From IMG/VR virus record IMGVR_UViG_3300034121_001395: a stretch of DNA of 64,000 nucleotides, one strand, 5' to 3'. The notes under the pieces are model-generated. The model worked only from the letters and a program-made list of their open reading frames with translations, was not told the origin of the DNA and ran no database searches. This DNA comes from a virus. Both the position numbers and the translations under genes were made by a program. The first letter of the stretch is position 1. The number at the start of each line of letters is the position of its first letter. Positions 1 through 8,415 of this stretch are shown here, piece by piece.

Positions 1-2
1 TT

Positions 3-332
3 ACACTCTATCGTGTCACTGACATAATTCAAGAGCAGTGGTACGAACCACTCATTGTGCTTGAAGTTCTCAAACATTCTGGCTGGTCCCCCACTTCGGT
101 TCGCTTTCATCACCTCTTTAAACCAACCAAGGTAAAGCCGCGAAAGTTACGTTGGTTTTTGAGCGCGATTCCAGTTGGTGGACTATTCAAAAGTTCTAAC
201 TATGAAGGCGCTCTACTTATGCAGCGAGTCCAAGACACTGATGCTGGCACACTACGAGCCCGTTACCTAGAAGGCCAGTTTACAGGTGAGGTCATTTGTA
301 AAAGCAAGCACAGCCGAGTCTATGCTCTCTAA
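3..332 (+). CDS. hypothetical phage protein, 5'-truncated
   Basis: The frame of ORF 57..332 is open to the left edge (TLYRVTDIIQEQWYEPLIV...); no recognised motif. Confidence 0.6.
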   Translation, partial: TLYRVTDIIQEQWYEPLIVLEVLKHSGWSPTSVRFHHLFKPTKVKPRKLRWFLSAIPVGGLFKSSNYEGALLMQRVQDTDAGTLRARYLEGQFTGEVICKSKHSRVYAL

Positions 333-351
333 TCTCTCAACACACGAAAAT

Positions 352-588
352 ATGGACAAAGAATACATTGTAAAGACAAAAACTGGTGGAGAAGCAACAG
401 TACTTGCTCGCACACCAGCCGAAGCCCTTGGTATCTTCACAAAACGAGGACGATTTGGCATTGGAGCAGCATGGACGTTTACTCGTCAACCAGACGGTTG
501 GATTGTATGCACCCATACTGGAATGAAGACTCTTGAACGCACCTATCACAAACTTCGTGAAAAGGACTATGTTCGTGGCATGCGCTAA
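352..588 (+). CDS. hypothetical protein
   Basis: ORF track 286..588; ATG at 352 (MDKEYIVK) avoids overlap with the previous gene. Confidence 0.6.
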   Translation: MDKEYIVKTKTGGEATVLARTPAEALGIFTKRGRFGIGAAWTFTRQPDGWIVCTHTGMKTLERTYHKLREKDYVRGMR

Positions 589-606
589 ACTTCAACTTTA
601 TATCGT

Positions 607-1719
607 ATGAAATTACCTACACTATACAGTCGTACATCGACTGGGAGCATTCAAGAATGGACGATTGAAATCGAAGATGGGCGGTGTCGTACCCATCATG
701 GCAAGGTCGGAGGCAAGATTGTGACCACGCTGTGGACCACATGTGAAGCCACAAATGTCGGTCGAGCAAATGAACGTGACGAATCGGCTCAGGCGCTCTT
801 TGAGGCTACCTCTCTTTGGAAAAAGAAAAGTGAAAGTGGCTGCTTTGAGTCAATTGCCGATATTGATCGCAGTCTCTATATTGAGCCGATGCTTGCTAAA
901 AAATGGGAGGATCGAAAGAGTAGAGTCGTCTATCCAGTCTATAGTCAACCAAAGCTTGATGGTTTACGAGCAGTCATTACAGCAAACGGAGCAACGACAC
1001 GAAATGGCAAGGCCTGGGTCACAATTCCGCATATCTTGCATGAGTTGGCTCCTCTCTTTAAGGCACATCCAGATCTTGTACTTGATGGCGAGCTCTATAC
1101 TCACAAATATAAAGATGACTTTAATAGTATCTGTAGTCTCGTGAAAAAGACTAAACCGTCTGCCACAGACCTACAAGAGTGTGCTGCCAAAATCCAATTT
1201 TGGTGGTATGATATTGTTGACCCAAGTAAAAAGTTTTCGGCACGTTCCTCTCAGGCTGCTTACTATGCAAACGTGTTCAAGTTGAATCCAAACATTATCG
1301 TGGATGTACCTACCACTATGGTGTGTGACGAGATTTCCCTTGATGCTACATACGAAAACTATTTGCAAGATGGCTATGAAGGTCAGATGGTACGAGTTGA
1401 TGCGCCATACGAGTGTAAGAGAAGTGACTTGCTATTAAAGCGCAAAGAGTTTCAGGATGGTGAGTATCTTATTGTTGAAATTTGCGAAGGCAACGGTAAT
1501 AAAAGCGGTATGGCCGGTTATGCAGTCTTACAAAGACCAGACGGCAAAACATTCCGAAGCAACATTAAAGGTACACACTCATTTTTGAAAGAGCTCTTAA
1601 AGGATGCTGAGTCTCTTCGTGGAACATATGCTACATGCACCTATTTCAATCTTACCCCAGACGGCATTCCACGCTTCCCGTACGTCACCAGACTGAGACC
1701 TGGACCTGGAATTGACTGA
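607..1719 (+). CDS. lig: ATP-dependent DNA ligase (gp30-like) with N-terminal WGR-like domain
   Basis: PMLA, motif I QPKLDGLRA (KxDG), LDGELY, GYEGQMVR, LLKRK and C-terminal G.PRFP motifs. Confidence 0.95.
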   Translation: MKLPTLYSRTSTGSIQEWTIEIEDGRCRTHHGKVGGKIVTTLWTTCEATNVGRANERDESAQALFEATSLWKKKSESGCFESIADIDRSLYIEPMLAKKWEDRKSRVVYPVYSQPKLDGLRAVITANGATTRNGKAWVTIPHILHELAPLFKAHPDLVLDGELYTHKYKDDFNSICSLVKKTKPSATDLQECAAKIQFWWYDIVDPSKKFSARSSQAAYYANVFKLNPNIIVDVPTTMVCDEISLDATYENYLQDGYEGQMVRVDAPYECKRSDLLLKRKEFQDGEYLIVEICEGNGNKSGMAGYAVLQRPDGKTFRSNIKGTHSFLKELLKDAESLRGTYATCTYFNLTPDGIPRFPYVTRLRPGPGID

Positions 1720-1721
1720 AA

Positions 1722-1740
1722 TTTGACCCTGGAGGTCAAA
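1722..1740. terminator. short hairpin after the ligase gene
   Basis: TTTGACC-CTGGA-GGTCAAA inverted repeat immediately after the stop codon. Confidence 0.4.
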
Positions 1741-1775
1741 AACGTGAAGTTTTTTCACTTTTATGAAAAAAGTTG

Positions 1776-1804
1776 TGTACTTTCTGCGCGTTTTATGCTA
1801 TAAT
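1776..1804 (+). promoter_or_regulatory. early sigma70-type promoter
   Basis: TGTACT-17 nt-TATAAT with extended -10 TG and an upstream A-tract; resembles T4-like early promoters. Confidence 0.7.
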
Positions 1805-1822
1805 AACCATGTAAGCAATAAT

Positions 1823-2155
1823 ATGACCGCCACTGATATAACCACTGCCGTAGCTACTGTAAGTCTTTATCGCAGCCTTGATAATCTTTTTCAGGACGAT
1901 GCAGATGATCGTCAACGTCACATTACGTTTCGTTGCATAATTGCAGATAACATGCCCGAGTGGCTGTTTGAAGCAACTAATGCTCCAGAAAGTTTTCTCG
2001 ACGCTGAGCAGATGTGGGTGCGCAAAACCTTCTCTGAAGCGGGACTATACTCACTTTCTCGTGGAGACGTAATTGGTATCAACGGCACATTCTATAAATG
2101 CAAGATGGTTGGATGGGAAAAGGTCCCACACTTTAACGACACAATTGAACACTGA
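1823..2155 (+). CDS. hypothetical early protein, YodL-like
   Basis: ATG 1823 lies downstream of the promoter; YSLSRGDVI resembles the YodL SLSxGDVV motif. Confidence 0.55.
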   Translation: MTATDITTAVATVSLYRSLDNLFQDDADDRQRHITFRCIIADNMPEWLFEATNAPESFLDAEQMWVRKTFSEAGLYSLSRGDVIGINGTFYKCKMVGWEKVPHFNDTIEH

Positions 2156-2328
2156 TGAATATGAAACAAAAAACTTGGGTTTGCGCCGGGCAATGGGGTT
2201 GGATTTCAACCGACGAGGTGGAATTTTCTGACATCGAAGAAGGACCATTCGGAGACGTGATGAGTTTTAAATTTTGTGGAGAATCTTTCAAATCTCAGAT
2301 TGCAGTTGGATCAAAACCAGGAGCATAA
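2155..2328 (+). CDS. small hypothetical protein (57 aa, not in ORF track)
   Basis: MNMKQKTWVCAGQWGWISTDEVEFSDIEEGPFGDVMSFKFCGESFKSQIAVGSKPGA*; fills the gap exactly, with TGATG coupling. Confidence 0.7.
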   Translation: MNMKQKTWVCAGQWGWISTDEVEFSDIEEGPFGDVMSFKFCGESFKSQIAVGSKPGA

Positions 2329-2329
2329 C

Positions 2330-2647
2330 ATGAATAGACTAGATTCCATACGTGAAGTGCTTGACATCAGATTTGCTGATTTACAACAAGAGATTGACTT
2401 TCTCAAAGAAGAAAACTATAGGCTACACAATGGCTTTCAAGGAGCATGCTATGCCTGCGAGCCAGTAGGAGAACTCAATCAAAAGCTCGTTGAAAGAGGA
2501 CATGCACTCTATCGAGCACTTGCATACTTTACGGATAGTTTCTCTTCCTTTATGGATGAAGACGGCTTTTCACAGGAGAAGAAAGCAGTAGAAGATTGGA
2601 AGGAACTCTTTGATAATAATATACCCGAACAGAACTATGAAGATTAG
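2330..2647 (+). CDS. hypothetical protein with coiled coil and CxxC (CYAC)
   Basis: ORF track 2276..2647; ATG 2330 follows the stop at 2328. Confidence 0.65.
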   Translation: MNRLDSIREVLDIRFADLQQEIDFLKEENYRLHNGFQGACYACEPVGELNQKLVERGHALYRALAYFTDSFSSFMDEDGFSQEKKAVEDWKELFDNNIPEQNYED

Positions 2648-3023
2648 AATTGACAACATTGGCGCACAGCCTCCGACCTATATTGGCAAGTCTCCAGAAG
2701 ATGTAGACAAAAGACTTGTTATTGTTAAGTATTTTCCTAACCCTAAATATGGTAAATTGCGGGAATATATTGATGATGGTTGGAATGATATCGGAGATCG
2801 TGTCATAAAAGATATGTGTAGCATTCACAAGAACTGCTTTGAAGGCAAAGAGAATAATATAGTGATTGCTGATCTTATCTATAGCACTAAAGAAGAAGAC
2901 ACATTCTTAGAGACTGTAGGTGAGCGAGTATTAGATCTATCACTAGAAGATCGTGAAACTTTCTTTGAGGTTTATGCTCTTGCTGCAAAGAAACTAGCTA
3001 AACAACATAAAACAGATGAGTGA
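2637..3023 (+). CDS. hypothetical protein
   Basis: ORF track 2610..3023; ATG 2637. Confidence 0.65.
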   Translation: MKIRIDNIGAQPPTYIGKSPEDVDKRLVIVKYFPNPKYGKLREYIDDGWNDIGDRVIKDMCSIHKNCFEGKENNIVIADLIYSTKEEDTFLETVGERVLDLSLEDRETFFEVYALAAKKLAKQHKTDE

Positions 3024-3117
3024 TATGTGGTTAGCAATTATCATCATGGGCTCATTAGCGCTATTTGCTGTGTGCTACATCCTTTATAAGGCTAGCGATG
3101 AAGACTTTTGGTATTAA
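3016..3117 (+). CDS. small single-pass membrane protein (33 aa)
   Basis: MSDMWLAIIIMGSLALFAVCYILYKASDEDFWY*; one hydrophobic helix; fills the intergenic gap. Confidence 0.55.
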   Translation: MSDMWLAIIIMGSLALFAVCYILYKASDEDFWY

Positions 3118-3139
3118 GGAACTCTAATATAATAAACGT

Positions 3140-3619
3140 ATGGGACTTGACATGTATATATTTAAAGTTAAGAAGACTGCTCACTCTATTAAAGAACTGA
3201 GCGATCTTGATCGCAATCCGGAACCTGGACAGCTAGAAGTTGCGGAGTTTGAACCATTGCAGCGCCCGTATGAAGATACGTGTCCTGATCATTACACAAT
3301 CTTCCAAGAGGTCGCATACTGGCGTAAGTTTAACGCACTGCATCAATGGTTCGTTACAACTGTTCAACTAGGTATTGATAAATGCGATCTTTATGAACTA
3401 GATAAAGATGTTCTTTTTGAACTGTTAGAGATTCTTGAGGATGTTTACCATCTTAAGAACCCTTCTAAGCTTCCTCCCACGCAAGGATTCTTTTGGGGAT
3501 CAACTGAAGTAGACGACTACTATTGGGATAAAGTAGAGAGCTGTATTCAAATTATTTCAAAACTCATCGACGACACTGATTGGGATAACGAACGCCTCTT
3601 CTATCAATCATCTTGGTAA
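3140..3619 (+). CDS. conserved hypothetical phage protein (MGLDMY...YWRKxNxxHxWF family)
   Basis: Recognisable widespread phage motifs MGLDMY, YWRKFNALHQWF, GFFWGS and YQSSW. Confidence 0.8.
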   Translation: MGLDMYIFKVKKTAHSIKELSDLDRNPEPGQLEVAEFEPLQRPYEDTCPDHYTIFQEVAYWRKFNALHQWFVTTVQLGIDKCDLYELDKDVLFELLEILEDVYHLKNPSKLPPTQGFFWGSTEVDDYYWDKVESCIQIISKLIDDTDWDNERLFYQSSW

Positions 3620-3624
3620 AATTT

Positions 3625-4305
3625 ATGATAAATAAAGTAGAACTAATTGGGCATTATGGGTGTGATGAAACTATCGCATGTAGTGCATGGACAAGCACAT
3701 CACGAGAATTAACTGATGAAAAGAAATCGCGCATTCCTGGACTCATCAATATGCTGTGGTCTAATGGTCACGAAACACCGTTTGAAAAAGGCAGCGTGCA
3801 TTTTCTTGTTGATTGTGACATTGCCTCTCATATTCATCTGCTCAAACATCGTATTGCTAGCATTAATGCTGAATCAGCCCGATATAAAGAACTAAAGGAA
3901 GACAAGGCATATATTCCAAATGATTGGAAACAATGCAATGCTAGTGATGGTAGAAATCTATCTTATTTTGGGCAAACATTTGATGTGTGGCATCAGAACT
4001 GGACTGAAATTCTTGAAGAATATACACAATTAGGTAATGAACTCTATCACCGCGCAGTTGAAGATCTTAGTGGCACACTTGGTCGTAAACGCGCGAAGGA
4101 AAGCGCACGTTTCTTCAAGACATACAACTCTCAAATACAGGCTGATGTTCAATTTAATATGCGCAGCTTTGCAAACTTTTTGAAGCTACGTAACTCTGAG
4201 CATGCACAGCTAGAAATTCGTGAGATTGCACAAGAGATGCTCCGACTTGTATCAGAAATTGAAGGAGAGCCATTTAAACACACATTAGCAGCCTGGAATA
4301 TCTAA
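3625..4305 (+). CDS. thyX: FAD-dependent thymidylate synthase ThyX
   Basis: GHETPFE, KHRIASINAESARY (variant of RHRxxSxxxxSxRY), AKESAR, LR...HAQLEIR. Confidence 0.93.
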   Translation: MINKVELIGHYGCDETIACSAWTSTSRELTDEKKSRIPGLINMLWSNGHETPFEKGSVHFLVDCDIASHIHLLKHRIASINAESARYKELKEDKAYIPNDWKQCNASDGRNLSYFGQTFDVWHQNWTEILEEYTQLGNELYHRAVEDLSGTLGRKRAKESARFFKTYNSQIQADVQFNMRSFANFLKLRNSEHAQLEIREIAQEMLRLVSEIEGEPFKHTLAAWNI

Positions 4306-4309
4306 CATT

Positions 4310-4705
4310 ATGTATACACTAACACTTGAACAACTAACAAAGCTCCTAGAAGAGTATAAAGAACTTAGCGATGCATGTGACGCGGCAAGAGCGGCAGGGT
4401 GCCTTGAAATCGAAGGACGACTGCAAAATGCTATTTGGTCCTCAATAGAGAGAGTTATTAGCTTCTTTGATCCAGAAGGATGGATCATGTGGCATATTTT
4501 AGAGAATGAATATGGAGCTAAGGAATATGAAGCTGGTTATGGTAGCGATATGAAGAAGATCAAAACTCCAGAAGATCTTTTCTGGATTATAAACGTTCAC
4601 AACAAATCAGAACTCGATAATTTAAAAAAGTCGCATGAAGACGCTCTTTGTAAAATTCGTGAACTTGAAATGCAAGTAGATAACCATCGTGTTAAAACAT
4701 ACTAA
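4310..4705 (+). CDS. hypothetical protein
   Basis: 131-aa ORF in operon context. Confidence 0.7.
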   Translation: MYTLTLEQLTKLLEEYKELSDACDAARAAGCLEIEGRLQNAIWSSIERVISFFDPEGWIMWHILENEYGAKEYEAGYGSDMKKIKTPEDLFWIINVHNKSELDNLKKSHEDALCKIRELEMQVDNHRVKTY

Positions 4706-4714
4706 AGTTTCTTA

Positions 4715-4743
4715 TTTACATTTCTAGTAAATTAGTGTATAAT
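4715..4743 (+). promoter_or_regulatory. early/middle sigma70-type promoter
   Basis: TTTACA-17 nt-TATAAT; ATG 6 nt after the -10 box. Confidence 0.75.
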
Positions 4744-4749
4744 AACTAT

Positions 4750-5019
4750 ATGAAAAACATAAGTTTAGATAAGTCATCAATATTGCAAAGACTTCAAAAC
4801 GGAGTCGCACTCGTCACTTTTACCAAAAAAGATGGCACAGTTCGCGGCATGAAGTGTACGCTCGCTGAATCGTTAACACCTCAGGTTGAAGTTAAAAGCT
4901 CGGCTCCTCGAGTTATCGCCGAAAATGATAATCTCGTTAAGGTCTATGACCTTGAAAAACAAGGATGGCGCAGCTTTAATGTTGACAGTGTAATTTCAAT
5001 TTTTGACACAAATGAGTAA
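4750..5019 (+). CDS. WYL_2/SH3-like conserved T4-like phage protein
   Basis: VTFTKKDGTVRGMKCTL and VYDLEKQGWRSF motifs. Confidence 0.8.
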   Translation: MKNISLDKSSILQRLQNGVALVTFTKKDGTVRGMKCTLAESLTPQVEVKSSAPRVIAENDNLVKVYDLEKQGWRSFNVDSVISIFDTNE

Positions 5020-6229
5020 TGCATTTAAAGCAGGTCGCGTTATTGCGCCAGACGCAAAGTGGACAGGTGACGAGCCAGAATGGAATGGTTGGGAAACTTG
5101 GCCAATTGAAAAGTTTTATAAGACACGGGCTCGTGCTTTAGGGTTTTATAACTACTACTTGGATGCCACATCGATGAAGCCACTCGTGCTTGATTGGATG
5201 AAGATCAACGGATATAACAAGGATGATGTCTCTGCAATCAAAGAGGCAAACCCAAACGTTTTACCAAGTACAGTTGGCAAACTAGTAAGGTGTTTGACGC
5301 GCGGAATGCCAAGTATACACCCACAAGCAACAGAATATTTCGCAACTCTACCATTTCACGATGAACCGCCAGTTCCAAAGAATGATGCGTCAGTTGTGCA
5401 TCATGAGTTAAAACGAGCAATTACACTTTTACGAGCAAACTCGTCGTCAGATAATAATGACGACACAAAGGTTAAAGTTGCAACTCCAAGTCCACTTGAT
5501 CGTATACGCGAGAGAGTGCATAAGGAGATTGTTGTGCAACTTGAGGATTGTACCGATCAATGGGCAACCACTCGTTCTGGAAATGCTTCTTTTAATATGT
5601 CTGCCGCTTTGCGAGACTCTAAGATTCCAGCACAAGGCTGTAAGACTATACTCGATTGGTTAGAAAAAAACTATGAAGAATATAATGGAGCTCTTCAACG
5701 TCTCGATGAACAACTTGTTGAAGGTTATTCACACTTACCAAAGCCAGAACTTCGTAAGATTGTAAAGTCGCTTGAAAGCATGATTGGTGATGTTCGTAAC
5801 CATGCAAAAATTAAAAACTCTACTCGTAAACCTCGTAAGAAAAAGGTTAAGGACGCGAGCAAACAAGTTTCTAAGATGAAATATCAACAGCACTCCGCAG
5901 ACTGGAGTCTAGACTCTGTTTCACCAACTCGTATTCCAACTTCGCAGCGACTCTATCTCTTTAATACAAAGACGCGAGGCTTGAGTGTCTATGTTGCATC
6001 TGGCGTGGCAGGATTTGAAGTAAAAGGCACATCATTAAAAGGTTATGATACCGAAGCTAGCTTTACTGCGACGTTGCGCAAACCTAAAGAAACCTTAAAT
6101 GGAATCTTAAGTTCTACACCAAAACAACTAGAAAAACTACTCACATCTTTAACAGTTAAAAAGAAACCCGCAAACGGCCGCATAAATGAACAAACCATAA
6201 TCTTAAAAGTAATTGAACACAAAATCTAA
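5012..6229 (+). CDS. hypothetical protein upstream of gp33 (basic C-terminal domain)
   Basis: 405-aa ORF with RKPRKKK, LFNTKTR, LRKP and NGRINE motifs of a type seen in T4-like phages. Confidence 0.75.
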   Translation: MSNAFKAGRVIAPDAKWTGDEPEWNGWETWPIEKFYKTRARALGFYNYYLDATSMKPLVLDWMKINGYNKDDVSAIKEANPNVLPSTVGKLVRCLTRGMPSIHPQATEYFATLPFHDEPPVPKNDASVVHHELKRAITLLRANSSSDNNDDTKVKVATPSPLDRIRERVHKEIVVQLEDCTDQWATTRSGNASFNMSAALRDSKIPAQGCKTILDWLEKNYEEYNGALQRLDEQLVEGYSHLPKPELRKIVKSLESMIGDVRNHAKIKNSTRKPRKKKVKDASKQVSKMKYQQHSADWSLDSVSPTRIPTSQRLYLFNTKTRGLSVYVASGVAGFEVKGTSLKGYDTEASFTATLRKPKETLNGILSSTPKQLEKLLTSLTVKKKPANGRINEQTIILKVIEHKI

Positions 6230-6230
6230 T

Positions 6231-6467
6231 ATGTCTGAAGAACTACCAGTGAAAATTCTAACAAAACAAGAGTTTGCTCTTGAAATTGAACGTCGTGTTC
6301 GTCATAAGTCTATGGGCTATCTTGAAGCTATTATTGATTATTGTGATGATCGTAATATTGATCCAGACGAAATATCAAAACTCGTAGTTGGCAGTTTAAA
6401 AGAAAAGCTTGAGGCAGAAGCGCAACGAAACAACTTGCTGCCTAAATCTGCGTCTCTATTTGCATGA
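6231..6467 (+). CDS. gp33: late transcription co-activator gp33
   Basis: FALEIE...YLEAIIDYC...LKEKLEAEA..NNLL; 33-59-32 synteny. Confidence 0.9.
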   Translation: MSEELPVKILTKQEFALEIERRVRHKSMGYLEAIIDYCDDRNIDPDEISKLVVGSLKEKLEAEAQRNNLLPKSASLFA

Positions 6468-7081
6468 TGCTTCAAGACACGCGAGTTTCTGGCTTTGAAA
6501 CATGGTCAATCTATATGGCCATAAAACTACATTTTGGTGAGGGCAACTATGACGCATTTAAGTTTAACTTTAAAGGGCCACGTCTAAAAGAAAGTACTTT
6601 TCAGGCGCGCCGTGATCGCTATTTCTTTGAAAAATTGGCTCGACGATATGTTAAGAAAAAAATAGTAATAGAATATTTTTTAGCAAACATACTTGTCGGT
6701 CAAGACTGGGTAGGTAATATGACAGATGAAGCCTATGTAGTTTGGACAGCTAAGATGCAGCGACTACAATATGCATTTAAAGAAGAGATGTCAACTTGTG
6801 CAAGTCGCGTAGAAAATTTTGACTCGTTGCTGCAACCGCGCGGAGGTCAGGTGCCGTTGTATGCCCTACACATGTCAGGTCAAGTTTCTTTAGAGACACT
6901 GTGCATACTTGATATGCTTTGCAATTATTCTCCGCGAGTAGTCAAAACAGTGTCAGATCCCATGGGACTAATTACATCTTTGACACATAAGATAAATAAC
7001 TACAAGCCATTTATTCGCAATTTACCATTGCAACAAAAAGCTTTTCAAGAAACTGTAATAAAAATATTTACAAAGTCTTGA
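6464..7081 (+). CDS. gp59: helicase loader gp59
   Basis: YMAIKLHF...YDAFKFN...RRDRYFFEKLA; synteny. Confidence 0.9.
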   Translation: MMLQDTRVSGFETWSIYMAIKLHFGEGNYDAFKFNFKGPRLKESTFQARRDRYFFEKLARRYVKKKIVIEYFLANILVGQDWVGNMTDEAYVVWTAKMQRLQYAFKEEMSTCASRVENFDSLLQPRGGQVPLYALHMSGQVSLETLCILDMLCNYSPRVVKTVSDPMGLITSLTHKINNYKPFIRNLPLQQKAFQETVIKIFTKS

Positions 7082-7094
7082 AATATGTTATAAT
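7067..7094 (+). promoter_or_regulatory. promoter upstream of gp32
   Basis: TTTACA-16 nt-TATAAT with TG extension. Confidence 0.65.
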
Positions 7095-7151
7095 AACCAA
7101 GTGGTTGTATAACATCACACAATAACAATACACTGCAATACAAATAAACAT

Positions 7152-8072
7152 ATGTCATTTGACAAACTAAAACAAAATCGGGCAGCAAGCATCAATAAAC
7201 TTGTTGAAGCTGCAGAAAAATTGAGTACACCAAAAGCTTCATACGGCGATGATCGTATTTGGAGCCCAGTAGTTGATAAAGCTGGAAACGGTTATGCCGT
7301 GATTCGCTTTTTGCCAGCACTTGAAGGTGAAGATCTGCCATGGGTTCGCTTTTGGGATCATGGTTTTAAGGGACCAACTGGTCGTTGGTATATTGAAAAT
7401 TCTCTTACCAGTATTGGTCAACCTGACCCGGTAAGCGAGATCAATAGCGTGCTCTGGAATAGCGGTAATGAAAAAGATAAAGAGATTGCTCGCGAGCGCA
7501 AGCGTCGTTTGCATTATGTCTCTAACATTCTTGTGCTTAGTGACCCTGCAAATCCAGACAATGAAGGTAAAGTTTTCTTGTACAAATATGGCAAGAAAAT
7601 CTTTGACAAAATTATGGATATTATGCAACCACAGTTTCAAGATGAGACACCAATCAACCCGTTTGATTTTTGGGCAGGTGCAAACTTCAAGTTGAAGATT
7701 CGCAACTTTGAAGGCTATCGTAACTATGATAAGTCTGAATTTGAAGGAGCTTCTGAACTCTTCAGTGGAGATGAAGCCAAACTTGAGAAGACTTACAACT
7801 CGTTGTATTCATTGAAGGACTTTATTGATCCTGCAAATTATAAGTCATATGCAGACCTTAAGCGTAAACTTGTTGAGGTACTTGGAGCAGAGGCACTTGC
7901 TGGTTCTTCTACTGAACCAGAAAGTGTGAATGTCGCTGCTGCAGCAGTTGGAAAAACAGTTGAACAGACACCAAGTTATAAGAGTACTGAATCGACATTT
8001 GCTGCATCAAGCACAGATGACGATGACGATGAGTCGCTTAGCTACTTTGCAAAGCTTGCTCAAGGCGGCTAA
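7152..8072 (+). CDS. gp32: single-stranded DNA-binding protein gp32
   Basis: DKAGNGYAVIRFLP, WYIENSLT, YKYGKKIFDKI, PFDFW.GANFKLK, NYDKSEF and an acidic tail. Confidence 0.97.
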   Translation: MSFDKLKQNRAASINKLVEAAEKLSTPKASYGDDRIWSPVVDKAGNGYAVIRFLPALEGEDLPWVRFWDHGFKGPTGRWYIENSLTSIGQPDPVSEINSVLWNSGNEKDKEIARERKRRLHYVSNILVLSDPANPDNEGKVFLYKYGKKIFDKIMDIMQPQFQDETPINPFDFWAGANFKLKIRNFEGYRNYDKSEFEGASELFSGDEAKLEKTYNSLYSLKDFIDPANYKSYADLKRKLVEVLGAEALAGSSTEPESVNVAAAAVGKTVEQTPSYKSTESTFAASSTDDDDDESLSYFAKLAQGG

Positions 8073-8086
8073 TATTTAAAGATTAG

Positions 8087-8122
8087 AAAAAACAGGGGGT
8101 AGAATAGTTCTACCCCCTGTTT
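8087..8122. terminator. bidirectional intrinsic terminator
   Basis: Perfect 15-bp stem AAACAGGGGGTAGAA-TAG-TTCTACCCCCTGTTT flanked by A and T tracts, near the junction of converging transcription units. Confidence 0.85.
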
Positions 8123-8139
8123 GCATATATACTACTAAT

Positions 8140-8415
8140 ATGATCTTTCTAATAAAAGTATTTACATACTTAAATTGTACTGATTGTTTACGTCATCTAA
8201 AGACATTACGTGACTATTGTGAACGCACTCCTACAAGTTTACAAATAATTGATATTGACAAGGAAGAAAATATACCACTTATATTTGAACATAAAATAGA
8301 TGGCATACCACACACAATATGCTATAATATACGTGGTGAAATTATGCATAGTTTTCCAGGAATAAAAACTCCTGAAGAGTTTGACGATATTGTATATTAT
8401 CGAACTGCAGATTAA
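8140..8415 (+). CDS. thioredoxin/glutaredoxin-like protein
   Basis: CTDC (CxxC), IDIDK and cis-Pro motif GIP; TATACT lies 6 nt upstream of the ATG. Confidence 0.75.
   Translation: MIFLIKVFTYLNCTDCLRHLKTLRDYCERTPTSLQIIDIDKEENIPLIFEHKIDGIPHTICYNIRGEIMHSFPGIKTPEEFDDIVYYRTAD

Noticed and set aside
1809-1814. ATG-TAA start-stop minigene after the early promoter
   Set aside because: The ATG is only 4 nt from the -10 box, so it is probably at or before the transcription start; a single occurrence is compatible with chance
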